A DNA stretch of 64,000 bases, taken from an uncultured delta proteobacterium. GTDB taxonomy: Bacteria; Myxococcota_A; Polyangia; Polyangiales; Polyangiaceae. The position numbers and the translations under genes are program-made. The notes beneath the pieces were generated by a model. It was given only the letters and a program-made list of their open reading frames with translations. It was not told where the DNA came from and ran no database searches. The stretch covers positions 3,776,001 to 3,840,000 of the forward strand of contig CAWDXG010000004.1 of the NCBI GenBank assembly GCA_963806225.1, in the 5' to 3' direction. Shown here one piece after another: positions 1 to 10,478 of this stretch (position 1 is its first letter; every line of letters begins with the position of its first letter).

Positions 1-1
1 G

Positions 2-1111
2 CAGGGCTCGCTGCTGGGGACGGTCGCCCGCGAGAGTGGCGCGGACGTGAGCCTGCGCGGCAACGTCATCTACCTATCCGGCGACGAGGGTGACGTGGTG
101 GTAGCGCGCCGCTTCCTGAGCGACGCGGCCGAGCTGTTGAGCCGCGGCTACGAGCTCGGGCCCGCCGACGTGGCGCGCTCGCTCGACTCGCTGCGCCGTG
201 ATCCCGCGGCCTCGCTCACCCAGCTGCTCGACGAGGTCATCATTGTCTCGCCGCGCCGCAAGCCGGTGACGCCGAAGGGCGTCGCGCAGCGGCGCTACAT
301 CGAGATGATCCGCACCCACGATCTCACGTTCGGCATCGGCCCCGCCGGAACGGGCAAGACATACCTCGCGATGGCGATGGCCACGAGCGCGCTCATGCAG
401 CGCAAGGTCAAGCGCATCATCCTGACCCGCCCTGCCGTCGAAGCCGGGGAGAAGCTCGGCTTCCTTCCCGGCGACCTGGCCGAGAAGGTCAACCCGTATC
501 TCAGACCGCTGTACGACGCTCTCCACGACATGATCGACTTCGACCGGGTCGAGCAGATGCGCGAGCGCGGACAGATCGAGGTGGCGCCGTTGGCCTTCAT
601 GCGCGGCCGCACGCTCAACGACTCCTTCGTCATCCTCGACGAGGCGCAGAACGCCACCAGCGAGCAGATGCGGATGTTCCTGACGCGGCTCGGCTTCGCG
701 TCCAAGGCCGTGGTCACCGGCGACATCACCCAGACCGACCTGCCGACGGGCGCACAGAGCGGCCTGCGCGAAGCGCGCGACCTGCTCGGCGAGATCGAGG
801 GAATCGGCTTCTGTGCGTTCAGCGACGCGGATGTGGTCCGCCACCACCTGGTGCAGAAGATCATCGTCGCCTACGAGCGCCGCGACGCCGAGCGCGCCCG
901 TGAGAAGGCCGAGCGCGAAACCGAACGCCGGCGCCTCGGTGAAGAAGCGCGCGCGGCGGTCGAGCGCGCCCGCAGCGTGCCTCCCGACGCCAACGCCAGT
1001 GTCGACGAAAGCCTCGAAAGCCTCGTCGAGCGACCCATCGACACCGGACAGCCCGCCGGAGCAGATCCAGAAACCGACGGCGAAACGAGCGCCCGGGAGG
1101 GGAACCCATGA
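2..1111 (+). CDS. phoH: PhoH family ATPase (5' end lies outside the window)
   Basis: GPAGTGKT Walker A plus [34 protein letters not shown] and GDITQTDLP motifs; frame open from base 2. Confidence 0.95.
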   Translation, partial: QGSLLGTVARESGADVSLRGNVIYLSGDEGDVVVARRFLSDAAELLSRGYELGPADVARSLDSLRRDPAASLTQLLDEVIIVSPRRKPVTPKGVAQRRYIEMIRTHDLTFGIGPAGTGKTYLAMAMATSALMQRKVKRIILTRPAVEAGEKLGFLPGDLAEKVNPYLRPLYDALHDMIDFDRVEQMRERGQIEVAPLAFMRGRTLNDSFVILDEAQNATSEQMRMFLTRLGFASKAVVTGDITQTDLPTGAQSGLREARDLLGEIEGIGFCAFSDADVVRHHLVQKIIVAYERRDAERAREKAERETERRRLGEEARAAVERARSVPPDANASVDESLESLVERPIDTGQPAGADPETDGETSAREGNP

Positions 1112-3107
1112 GCATCCAGTCCGGAACCGGCCAGTCGCCGGTCCGAATCCGTCGGCAAGAAGACCCAGGCCGGCATCGAGCTACTGACGCGCCTGGCCGA
1201 CTCGCTCGCCACCGACGCGCGGCTGGACCACGGCGTCGTCTCGCGACCCCACGCGCTGCTCGTGATGGTGCGGCGCGGCCCGCATTTCGTACTGCTGCTG
1301 CCCGCGTCGGTATGGGACCGGGGACGCGAGCTGCTCGAGCCGTTCGCCGAGGACTTCGCCTCCGCCCAGGCCCGCTTCATCGTTCTGGGACGCCCGAAGG
1401 ATCCGGATCTGGCTCTGGCGCTCAACCGCGGGCTCGGAGCCATCCTGCCGGCCGAGCCCTCGAACGACGAGCTGCTCGTCGCGCTGCACCAGGCCTTCGA
1501 GCTCCTGGAGGTGAAGGCCAGGAGCGAGAGCCGCGGCAAGTGGCTGAACCGCTACCGTTACGAGCTGGGCGAGCTGATCGAGATCGCGCGCGCCATCACG
1601 ACGGAACGCGAGATCGACAAGCTGCTCGGCCTCATCCTCGAGAAGAGTCGCTTCGTCACCGCCGCGGACGCCGGCAGCATCTACGTCGTCGAGGGCAGCG
1701 AGCCGGAGATCGACGCGTCGCGAGCTCCGTTTCAAGCTCAGCCAGAACGACTCGGTGTCGTTCGACTCGAGCGAGTTCACGATGCCCATCAGCCCGCACA
1801 GCATGGCGGGCTACGTCGCCCTCGAGCAGAAGACGATCCGCATCGAAGACGTGTACGACATGCCGCCGGGCTCGTCCTTCGGCTTCGATCGCTCCTTCGA
1901 CGAGAAGATCGGCTATCGCACCCGCAGCATGCTGTGCACGCCGCTCGTCTCCAGCAAGGGAGAGGTCATCGGCGTCCTGCAGCTCATCAACAAGAAGCGT
2001 GAGCAGACGCAGAAGCTGCTCGCCAAGGACGACTTCGAGCGGCTGGTGGTGCCCTTCGACGAGCGCAGCGAGCAGCTGCTCTCGACGCTCGCAGCGCAGG
2101 CCGGCATCGCGCTGGAAAACGCCATCCTGTACGACGAGATCCGCAGCATCTTCGAGGGCTTCGTCCGCGCCAGCGTGGAAGCCATCGAAGCGAGGGATCC
2201 GACCACGAGCGGCCACTCGCGTCGCGTAGCCGAGCTGACCATGGGCCTGGCCGAAGCTGTCGAGCGCGTGGACGCGGGCCCCTACCGCGACGTTGCGTGG
2301 ACGCGCGAGGACATGCGCGAGATCGAGTACGCCTCGCTGCTCCACGACTTCGGCAAGATTGGCGTGCGGGAAAACGTGCTGGTCAAGGCGAAGAAGCTCT
2401 ATCCGCACGACCTGTCGGCGATCCGCCAGCGCTTCGATTTCGTGATCCGCACCATCGAGTCGGACGTGCTGTCGCGCAAGCTGCGGGTCCTCGAGCGCGG
2501 CGGAGCCTCGGGCGAGCTGGCGGATCTCGACCGGGAGCTGACCGAGCGACTCGGCGAAGTCGACGAAGCGTGGCGCGTGATCGAGACCGCCAACGAGCCG
2601 ACGGTGCTCGCCGCGGGCGACTTCCGCAAGATCGAGGAGCTCGGGCGGCAGACCTACGTCACGCTCGTCGGCGACCCGGCAACGCTGCTGACGGCGGAAG
2701 AAGTCAAGTCACTGAGCGTGATGCGCGGCTCGCTCACTCCGGAGGAGTTCGACGAGATCCGCAGCCACGTCTCGCACACGTATCGCTTCCTATCGCGCAT
2801 CCCGTGGGGAAAGAGCTTCGCACGCGTCGCCGTCATCGCCGGCGCGCACCACGAACGGCTGAACGGCACGGGCTACCCGAATCGCCTCCGCGCCGAGGAA
2901 ATCCCGATGCAGTCGAAGATGATGACCGTGAGCGACATCTTCGACGCCCTGACAGCCAGCGATCGCCCCTACAAGCGCGCCGTCCCCGTCGAGAAAGCGC
3001 TGCAGATCCTGGGCTTCGAGGTGAAGGACAACCACATCGACAGCGAGCTGGTCCGGATCTTCACCGAGGCGCGGCCGTGGGAAAAGGTGACGGGCGCGCT
3101 GTACTGA
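1108..3107 (+). CDS. GAF + HD-GYP domain c-di-GMP phosphodiesterase (apparent frameshifts near 1150 and 1720)
   Basis: ATGA overlap with the phoH stop; GAF text ([29 protein letters not shown]); [31 protein letters not shown] and [15 protein letters not shown] motifs across three frames. Confidence 0.9.
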
Positions 3108-3278
3108 ACGCCTGACTGGGTCCCCCCCGCAGGCGACCCCGCAAAGCAGTTCGGCCCTCCGCACTTAATGCAGACCTGAGCCGCCGGGACGGTGGCCTCG
3201 CGGCATGAAATCAGGCACTATTCAAGGCTAGGCGGCGTTTTTCCGTCGGCCCGGTCTGTGCATGGAGTTGCTTCCGCC

Positions 3279-4235
3279 TTGAGGTCCCTTTTGCGTTCGC
3301 CGTTCGTCAGCCCAGGTGTGCTGGCAGGGTTGGGTGTCGCGCTCGCCCTGGCAAGCGGCTGCTCGAAGAGCCCGACCCACCCCGGCGGGCCCGGCGCGCA
3401 GGGCGGCACGGGCGCCAGCGCCGGCACCGGCGGCAGTGGCACCGGCGGCAGCTCCGGCGGAACTGCCGGCTCGGGCGGAACTGCCGGCTCCGGCGGCAGC
3501 GCCGCAAGCGGCGGGACAGGCGCGGGCGGCACCGGCGGCACTGCCAGCGGCGGAACGGGCGGCAGCTCGGCGAGCGGCGGAACGGGCGGCATCGTCGACG
3601 CCGGTCAGCCGCCGACGTGCGACCCGATGCTCGGCCTGGGCACGCAGAAGCTGACCGCCGACCAGAACACGCCGCAGGCCTTCCGCGACGCCTACAACGC
3701 CGAGGTGCAGAACGGCCAGGGCTCGGCTCCCGGCCCGCTGCTCGTGATGATCCAGTTCTCCTCCAACACGATCTGGTTCGGACCGCCGAAGTCGGTCTCG
3801 GGCGGCTACGGCTTCGGAACACCGCACGACTCGGCCCCGTTCAAGCTGACCCAGCACATGCAGATCGAGACCACGCCGTCGAGCTTCGCGCTCGTGGTCG
3901 GCGGCGCGACCATCCCGGTGTCGTTCGTCACCGGCAACGGCACGCCGCACAAGGACTGCAAGGGGGTGGACTTCAACTTCCTGCGGCTCGGGATCCCGTA
4001 CACCGCCGGGACCATTGCCTTCCACGGCTCGACCGTCGGCACACTGATGGGGCAACCCGGCTACATCGGTCCGCTGGTGGATGGCGGACCCCCGAGCGGA
4101 CCGCCGGACAGCGGGCCACCGGACAGCGGGCCGCCGGATGCCAGCGCCGAAAGCGGGCCGCCCACGGGGCTGGGCTGGAACATCGAGCTGAGCGGCACGG
4201 CCACGTACTTGAGCTACCAGGGAGGAACACCGTGA
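3279..4235 (+). CDS. Hypothetical lipoprotein with Gly/Ser/Thr-rich linker and GPPDS repeats
   Basis: Lipobox-like LALASGC then GG(T/S)G repeats; ORF open from 3192; TTG at 3279 chosen for signal peptide length, so the start is uncertain. Confidence 0.7.
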   Translation: MRSLLRSPFVSPGVLAGLGVALALASGCSKSPTHPGGPGAQGGTGASAGTGGSGTGGSSGGTAGSGGTAGSGGSAASGGTGAGGTGGTASGGTGGSSASGGTGGIVDAGQPPTCDPMLGLGTQKLTADQNTPQAFRDAYNAEVQNGQGSAPGPLLVMIQFSSNTIWFGPPKSVSGGYGFGTPHDSAPFKLTQHMQIETTPSSFALVVGGATIPVSFVTGNGTPHKDCKGVDFNFLRLGIPYTAGTIAFHGSTVGTLMGQPGYIGPLVDGGPPSGPPDSGPPDSGPPDASAESGPPTGLGWNIELSGTATYLSYQGGTP

Positions 4236-6322
4236 AGCGCACTGCCCTCATGTCGACCCTGCGCTCGATCCCGTTCCCGGCCCGGCTCGCGATCGCAGCC
4301 GCGTCGCTGCTGCTGCTGACCAGCGCTTGCTCCGGCTCGAATCCGTTGCCGAACGGCATCGGCGCCGGCGGCTCGAGCGCCGGGCAGTGCGTCGACAAGG
4401 ACAAAGACGGCTACGGCGTCGGCTGTCCGCTGGGCAACGACTGCAACGACAACGACCCGACCTCGACCAACGAATGCTTCGGCTGCTCCAGCGGCCAGGC
4501 AGGGTGTCCCTGCGCGACCGACGGACTCAAGACCGAATGCGGCATTCCGCTCGGCAAGGTGGGCAACGAGGTGAGCTGCCAGATGGGCACTTCGACCTGC
4601 CAGGGCGGACAGTGGGGCCAGTGCATCGCGGACACGGGCTCGAGCACGCAGACCTACCGCGCTCCCGCTCGGAGCGCGCAAGCCCTGGGCGGCGGCTCGA
4701 CCTGCGCGGCCAATCCCTGCGACCCGTACTGCATGCATTGGAACGACACGCCGGACCCGTCGATGGGGAACGACGCCGGCGTCGTCGGCACGGACGCCGG
4801 GCTCAGCATCAAAGGCAACGGCGCGACGCTCGGCTGCGGCAGCGTCACACAGAAGGCCGAGCCCATCCCGCTCGACCTGTACGTGATGCTGGACGACTCG
4901 GGATCGATGAACGAGTACGTCAACAGCACGCAGACCCGCTGGCAAGCGGTGACGACGGCGCTCAAAGGCTTCGTCAACGACCCCAACTCCGCCGGCATCA
5001 ACGTCGCAGTGCAGTACTTCGGGGCGGTGACGCAGACGTGCACGAGTTGGACCTGCACGTCGCAAAATTGCTTCACCGGCTACCACTACTACCCGTGGTA
5101 CGGCTGGTGGTACGGCTACGACTGCGAGTGCAACAGCTACACGTGCAACTCGTACGGCTGGAGCATGGCCGGCGACCCGCCGTACTGCCAGGTGAGCCAC
5201 TACGCTACGCCCGACGTGGCCATGGGCGCACTGCCCGGCAACGCCGGATCCGTCTCCACGTCGCTGAACAACCACTACGCATTGACGAGCACACCGACCC
5301 TGCCCGCAGAGCAGGGCGCAGTGCAGTTCGCGCAGAACTGGAAGACCGCGAATCCGACGCACACCGTGGCCGTGGTACTCGCCACCGACGGCGAACCCAA
5401 CGACTGCGACGGAGGCTGCGGCTGGTGGAGCAGCGCTTCCTGCTTCACGAACCACGTCGCCCAGGCCGCAGCGGCCGGCTACGGCGGCACGCCGTCGATC
5501 AAGACCTACGTAATCGGCTGCGGCTCCTCCACCGGCAACCTCGATCAGGTCGCCGCGGCCGGCGGCACCACCAAGGCGTTCATCGCCAGCGACGCGAACT
5601 CGACCAGCGACTTCATCGCGGCAATGAACGCCATCCGCAACACGGCTCTCCCTTGCACGTACACCGTGCCCACGCCACCGGTGGGCCAGCAGATCGACTA
5701 TTCGACGCTCAACATCCAGTACACCTCCGGCGGCGGCACCGTCACGTCCATGACCCAGGTCGCGAACGCGGCGGCCTGCACGGGCAACGCCTGGTACTTC
5801 ACCGACGCGAGCAAGACGACCATGGCGCTCTGCCCCGGCATCTGCAGCACCGTCCAGGGCGACACCGGCGCGCAGGTGAACGTCGTCTACAGCTGCGTGC
5901 AGCACTACGACCCGGGCGTCTTCACGCGCACCTACGACGCCAGCTCCGTCTGCCCGACGGGCACCGCCCCGTACTGGGGCGCGTGGACCTGGTCCTCCAG
6001 TCTGCCGAGCGATTCCGGCATCGACTTCAAGGTCGCCGTGGCCTCGACGGCCGCCGGCCTGTCCAGTGCGCCGCTCGACAGCCTGCAGTTCACCAATCCG
6101 CCCGGGCCGGCGGGGCTCGCCGGTCAGCCCATCGGGGCGCGCGCCGCCACGAACACGGAAAACGGCAGCGCGGTCATCGAGAAGACGCTGATCGCCCACA
6201 GCCGCAACGGCAGCGCGCCGTTCCTCAAGGTCGAGTCGTACCTCAATCCGTCGAGCGACCAGACCAAGCCGCCCACGTTGATCAGCTGGGACCTGCAGGT
6301 CTCCTGCCAGCCTGCCCAGTGA
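4232..6322 (+). CDS. Cys-rich vWA-domain lipoprotein
   Basis: GGAGG RBS then GTG at 4232; lipobox LLTSAC; MIDAS DDSGS, later TPT and ATDGEP; many Cys; DKDKDG Ca-binding-like motif. Confidence 0.85.
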   Translation: MKRTALMSTLRSIPFPARLAIAAASLLLLTSACSGSNPLPNGIGAGGSSAGQCVDKDKDGYGVGCPLGNDCNDNDPTSTNECFGCSSGQAGCPCATDGLKTECGIPLGKVGNEVSCQMGTSTCQGGQWGQCIADTGSSTQTYRAPARSAQALGGGSTCAANPCDPYCMHWNDTPDPSMGNDAGVVGTDAGLSIKGNGATLGCGSVTQKAEPIPLDLYVMLDDSGSMNEYVNSTQTRWQAVTTALKGFVNDPNSAGINVAVQYFGAVTQTCTSWTCTSQNCFTGYHYYPWYGWWYGYDCECNSYTCNSYGWSMAGDPPYCQVSHYATPDVAMGALPGNAGSVSTSLNNHYALTSTPTLPAEQGAVQFAQNWKTANPTHTVAVVLATDGEPNDCDGGCGWWSSASCFTNHVAQAAAAGYGGTPSIKTYVIGCGSSTGNLDQVAAAGGTTKAFIASDANSTSDFIAAMNAIRNTALPCTYTVPTPPVGQQIDYSTLNIQYTSGGGTVTSMTQVANAAACTGNAWYFTDASKTTMALCPGICSTVQGDTGAQVNVVYSCVQHYDPGVFTRTYDASSVCPTGTAPYWGAWTWSSSLPSDSGIDFKVAVASTAAGLSSAPLDSLQFTNPPGPAGLAGQPIGARAATNTENGSAVIEKTLIAHSRNGSAPFLKVESYLNPSSDQTKPPTLISWDLQVSCQPAQ

Positions 6323-6327
6323 GCCCG

Positions 6328-7569
6328 CTACGGCGTCCGCGCGCAGCGGAAGCCGACGGCGTTGGACCTCGAGCCCGGCGCAGCGTGGCCGCGCGCGGCA
6401 GCTCTGAGGTCGATGCCCGCAGACTGGAACGAGCCGCCGCGCACGCCCCGGTCGCCGCCCGCCGCCGTGTTCGCACAGTCGCTGCAGCTCGCTCCCCCGC
6501 CCGAATACCAGTTGGCGTCGTAGGCATCGAGCACCCACTCGGCGACACTTCCCGCTAGATCCTGCTGCCCGTAGCGCCCGGCACCCGACAGCGTCGAGCC
6601 CACCGTCACGGTCGGCGACGCCGCGCCGTTCTTGAAGTCCGCGAACGTGGAATCCGGTGTCTGGGCTCCCCACGGATAGAGCCGGTTCGCGTCGCCGCCG
6701 GCAGCAGCCATCTCCCACTCCGCTTCGGTGGGCAGGCGCTTCTTGTCCCAGACGCAGAACGCGAACGCCTCGTACCAGGTCACGCAGTCGATGGGCGCTT
6801 TCTCGTTGGCGCCGGGCTGGGCCGTCCAGGTGTCGTTCCCAGGCGAGCAGTCGAGCGCCGCCTCCAGCGCGCTTCGCGACGCCGGAAGCTGGGCGTCGTA
6901 GGCCACCTGCCAGCCGCTGCCGGCGATACTCGTGCGCGCACCGCTGCCCACGGGCGGCGGCGTGCCGTCGTACACCTGCACGAAGCGCCGGAAGCGCCCG
7001 ACGGTAACCTCGAACGCGTCGAGCTTGTACGCGGACAGCGTGACGTTGTGCTCGGGCTGCTCGCCCGCGCAGGTGGCGCAGGGATAGGCGTCGCCGCCGC
7101 CGCTGCTCCTGCCCATCGCGAAGGTGCCCGAGAATATGTCGCGCTCCTGGCAACAGCTCGTGGTGCCGCAGGACAGCCCGCTTCCACAGGACTGGTCGAG
7201 GACGCCCCAGGTGAGCCCGGCGTCCGCCGCACCGCCGCTGCCCGCCGCACCGCCGCTGCCCGCCGCACCGCCGCTGCCCGCCGAGCCGCCGCTGCCCGCC
7301 GAGCCGCCGCTGCCCGCAGAGCCGCCACTTCCTGCCGTGCCACCGCCGTCTGCCGCCGCGTCTCCTCCCCCGCCGTCGTGGGCGCCCGCGCTGCCGCCCT
7401 GGCCGCTGCTTCCGCCGCTGGAGACGAAGCCCCCGCTGGCGGCCGATCCGCCGAGCGAAGGCGGGTGCTTGGGCTGCTTGCTGCAGTAGCTCAACGCCAG
7501 AACCGGCCCCAGAGTCCATCCCAGACGGCTGGCTGTACGGAAAGAGCGGGCAAGCAGACACCGTGGCAT
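6328..7569 (-). CDS. Formylglycine-generating enzyme (FGE/SUMF1)-like domain lipoprotein
   Basis: AGGAGG RBS before ATG 7569; FEVTVGRF, RLPTEAEWE, YPWG, DLAGSVAEW, RGGSF and VGFRCAR motifs. Confidence 0.9.
   Translation of the reverse strand: MPRCLLARSFRTASRLGWTLGPVLALSYCSKQPKHPPSLGGSAASGGFVSSGGSSGQGGSAGAHDGGGGDAAADGGGTAGSGGSAGSGGSAGSGGSAGSGGAAGSGGAAGSGGAADAGLTWGVLDQSCGSGLSCGTTSCCQERDIFSGTFAMGRSSGGGDAYPCATCAGEQPEHNVTLSAYKLDAFEVTVGRFRRFVQVYDGTPPPVGSGARTSIAGSGWQVAYDAQLPASRSALEAALDCSPGNDTWTAQPGANEKAPIDCVTWYEAFAFCVWDKKRLPTEAEWEMAAAGGDANRLYPWGAQTPDSTFADFKNGAASPTVTVGSTLSGAGRYGQQDLAGSVAEWVLDAYDANWYSGGGASCSDCANTAAGGDRGVRGGSFQSAGIDLRAAARGHAAPGSRSNAVGFRCARTP
7224..7345. repeat. 18-bp tandem repeat encoding a GSGG(S/A)A linker
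   Basis: Repeated ccgccgctgcccgccg(ca/ag) units inside the FGE-like gene. Confidence 0.85.
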
Positions 7570-7756
7570 CGGGACCTCCTGACTTTGGCAAGCGACGACC
7601 GACCAGCGTAGCCCAGAACGCGACAAGCAGGAATCAGCGGCCAGCCCCGCCGGCAACGACTCCCTTGGCCCCGCCTACACCGGCAAGCGTTGCACCCCCC
7701 GCCGCGTGCCCCGCACAACTGCCGATCGCGCCGGGTCCTTTTCCCGCCGCAGTGAG

Positions 7757-7771
7757 TGGTCCGCTTGTTGC
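7757..7771 (+). promoter_or_regulatory. Putative sigma-54 (-24/-12) promoter
   Basis: TGGTCCG-CTTG-TTGC versus consensus TGGCACG-N4-TTGC, about 95 bp upstream of the vWA gene at 7866. Confidence 0.45.
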
Positions 7772-7865
7772 CCTTGACCCCTGGGGTGGGGGGCCATCTC
7801 TATTTGCTGCGGCGCATTGGTAACCGTGCGCCGGGGGCGTGCTGTGGCTGTGAAAAAGGCAGCGC

Positions 7866-10478
7866 GTGAGGGCGCGCTTCTTCAAGGGTTGGCCCCGGCT
7901 GGCCGCCGCGCTGGGCGTCTCTGCCGCTCTCGCCATCGCCTGCTCGGGCCCGCATGACCTGCCTCCGCACCTGACCGGAGGCGGCTCCGGGGGAAGCGCC
8001 GGCGGGACTGCTCCCGATTCGGGTGGCCCGTGCACCAACGGCCAGACGCGCGATTGCAGCGTCACCCTGGGCGAGCACAACGGAGTGCTCACTTGCTACG
8101 ACGGAACACGGACCTGCGTCGGGGGCAGCTGGGGCGCGTGCGGCGACGGCACGGTGAACAACCGCGCCGGCACCAGCGGAGGCAACGGGCGTTCCTCCCA
8201 GTCGCTGAGCTCGCCGACATTGTGCCAGAACAACCCCTGCGACCCTTCCTGCCGGAGCTTCAACGAACAGCCGGACGCCGGCATCACCTCCGACGCAGCG
8301 ACCCCGAAGTTCACCTGGTCCGGCGGCACGCTGAGCGGGCTCCCCACCGGCCTGGCCAACAAGGGCCTGAAGCAGCCCTGCAGCGACGGCTCGGACTGCC
8401 AGTTCAATTCCTACTGCCAGCACCCGATCACGAGCTCGGTCTGCACACATAGCAAGTGCCAGACCGGCGCCGGGCTCGACGCAACCTGCGACAGCACCAA
8501 CTCGTGCATCCAGAACATCTGCTCGGCCAACCCATCCTGCTGCGACCAGCCGCGCACCACGAGCTGCAGCCACGACCCCTGCGACAAAGGCTCCGCTCTC
8601 GGCTCGGGCTGCGACACCTGCGCGCAGAAGGTGTGCAGCTACGACTCGTCTTGCTGCAACAACAAGTGGGACAACTTCTGCGTCTCCGAGGCCGACACCT
8701 ACTGCGGTTGCCCGCTCACGACTCCCGGCGACTGGAACCAGAGTTGCGTGGACGCGGTGAACACGGTCTGCGACGCCAGGTGCGGGACCGGCTCGCCGTC
8801 GCCGGACGACGGCACCTGCGTCCCGTGGCTGCCGGGGCAGACCGATTCGTCGTGTTCTGGCATCGACCTGTCCGTCGGCGTGGCGTGCGACAGCAGCGGC
8901 GTCGGTACGATACCGGTGTGCAACCACGGCACGCAGACAGCCAATGCTGGCATCACGATCGTCACGTTCGCCGCCAACTCGAACCAGTATCCGCAGTGCG
9001 CGCCCGATCTGTCCAAAGCCAAGGCGACGTGCACGACGAACGCCCCGATCCCGCCGGGCCAGTGCATCAACGTGACGGGCTGTCTCCCGCTGAACGACAT
9101 GGAGATCATGGTCAATCCGGCGGGGTCGACGCACAAGCCCGAGTGCAGCTGCCAGGACAACTGGTCGCTGTACAAGGGCGGCACAACGTGCGGCCCTCCC
9201 AGCTGTTCAGGAGTGAAGAGCGAGGCGACCTTCAAGCCGGTCAACATCTACTTCACGGTGGACAAGTCGGGCTCGATGTTCGGCGCGAAGTGGGACGGCA
9301 CCACCTCCGCTCTCCAGAGCTTCTTCACGTCGAATACCCCGAACATCGGAGCGGCGCTCGAGTTCTTCCCGCTGTGGTCGAGCGGCACGTACGGCGACGG
9401 CTGCGGCGACCCCACGTGTTCGACCATTCCCTGCTCGAACCCCATGGTCGGGCTTTCCACGCTTCCCTCGAACGCGCTGGCGAACGCCCTGGCCCAGGTC
9501 TGGCCCGGCGGCAGTACGCCGACCTACCCGGCTCTCGACGGCGCGCTGTCGTGGGCCGAGACCAACCAGGCAGCCAACCCGAACGCCATCTACGTCGTCG
9601 TGCTGGTGACGGATGGCGAGCCGACGGTCTGCGACATCAACAACAACGACATCGCCGCGCTTGCAGACAACGCCTACATCAACAACGGCATCCGCACGTA
9701 CACCATCGCGATGGCCGGAGCGAATGTCAGCGCGCTGGACCAGATCGCCAAGGCGGGCGGCACCGGCAAGGCATTCGTCATCAGCGGCACCACCAACGTC
9801 TCGCAGCAGCTGACGACGGCGCTGCAGTCGATCGCCGGACAGAACGCGTCGTGCAGCTTCGATCTGCCGAACCAGGGCGCCTTCGACCCGAACGACGCGA
9901 CCGTGTCCTACACCTCTGGCAGCGGCACCAGCACCACGCTGCCGAAGGCGCAGAACGCCGGCTCCTGCGGGGCGGGCTGGTACTACGACAACAACACCAA
10001 CCCGATCAGCGTCACCCTGTGCCCGCAGACCTGCACCCAGGTCCAGTCGGACCCGGGCGCGAAGGTCTCCGTACAGCTCGGCTGCCCGAAAGCCTACGGT
10101 CCGGTCACGTACACGCAGACCTACCAGGCGACCTGCCCTTCCGGAACGATGCCGCAGTGGGGATACCTCGCGTACGACACCACCACCCCGGTCAGCTCGA
10201 ACGTGAGCTTCCGGGTGCGCACCGCCAGCACGCAGGCCGGCCTTTCCTCGGCCCCCTACGTCGGCGCAGCCACAGCCCAGGCGTCACCCGACACGCAGCT
10301 CTGCCCGCTGTCCGGGCCGTCCCCGTGCCCGGTGGATCTCTACCCGAAGCTCGGTCAGTACGACGCCAACAACCCGTACCTGGAGCTTTCGGTCACGTTG
10401 AATCCCACTAGCGACCAGTCGCAGAGCCCGACGGTCAACAACTGGCAGCTCACGTATTCATGTCCGCCCGCACAGTAG
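7866..10478 (+). CDS. Cys-rich vWA-domain lipoprotein (paralogue of 4232..6322)
   Basis: Lipobox LAIAC; CQNNPCDPSC; MIDAS DKSGS, STPT, VTDGEP; same post-vWA and C-terminal domains as the paralogue. Confidence 0.85.
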   Translation: MRARFFKGWPRLAAALGVSAALAIACSGPHDLPPHLTGGGSGGSAGGTAPDSGGPCTNGQTRDCSVTLGEHNGVLTCYDGTRTCVGGSWGACGDGTVNNRAGTSGGNGRSSQSLSSPTLCQNNPCDPSCRSFNEQPDAGITSDAATPKFTWSGGTLSGLPTGLANKGLKQPCSDGSDCQFNSYCQHPITSSVCTHSKCQTGAGLDATCDSTNSCIQNICSANPSCCDQPRTTSCSHDPCDKGSALGSGCDTCAQKVCSYDSSCCNNKWDNFCVSEADTYCGCPLTTPGDWNQSCVDAVNTVCDARCGTGSPSPDDGTCVPWLPGQTDSSCSGIDLSVGVACDSSGVGTIPVCNHGTQTANAGITIVTFAANSNQYPQCAPDLSKAKATCTTNAPIPPGQCINVTGCLPLNDMEIMVNPAGSTHKPECSCQDNWSLYKGGTTCGPPSCSGVKSEATFKPVNIYFTVDKSGSMFGAKWDGTTSALQSFFTSNTPNIGAALEFFPLWSSGTYGDGCGDPTCSTIPCSNPMVGLSTLPSNALANALAQVWPGGSTPTYPALDGALSWAETNQAANPNAIYVVVLVTDGEPTVCDINNNDIAALADNAYINNGIRTYTIAMAGANVSALDQIAKAGGTGKAFVISGTTNVSQQLTTALQSIAGQNASCSFDLPNQGAFDPNDATVSYTSGSGTSTTLPKAQNAGSCGAGWYYDNNTNPISVTLCPQTCTQVQSDPGAKVSVQLGCPKAYGPVTYTQTYQATCPSGTMPQWGYLAYDTTTPVSSNVSFRVRTASTQAGLSSAPYVGAATAQASPDTQLCPLSGPSPCPVDLYPKLGQYDANNPYLELSVTLNPTSDQSQSPTVNNWQLTYSCPPAQ

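Noticed and set aside
3110..3216. Riboswitch or SRP/6S RNA (GCCTGA...TCAGGC closure with small internal hairpins)
   Set aside because: No diagnostic core (SRP GGAA loop, GEMM, ZTP, cobalamin) recognised; short stems are expected at this GC content; an Rfam scan would settle it
3247..3262. Sigma-54 promoter CGGCCCG-N4-GTGCA
   Set aside because: Only the GG-N10-GC core matches well; too weak in GC-rich sequence
6328..6480. Diversity-generating retroelement target (FGE/CLec C-terminus)
   Set aside because: No template repeat copy and no reverse transcriptase found in the window
4214..7591. Long alternative-frame ORFs (this 1125-aa one, 29706..32291, most of 32628..34997 and similar)
   Set aside because: Arg/Gly/Ala-rich shadow translations overlapping well-supported genes, typical of high-GC DNA
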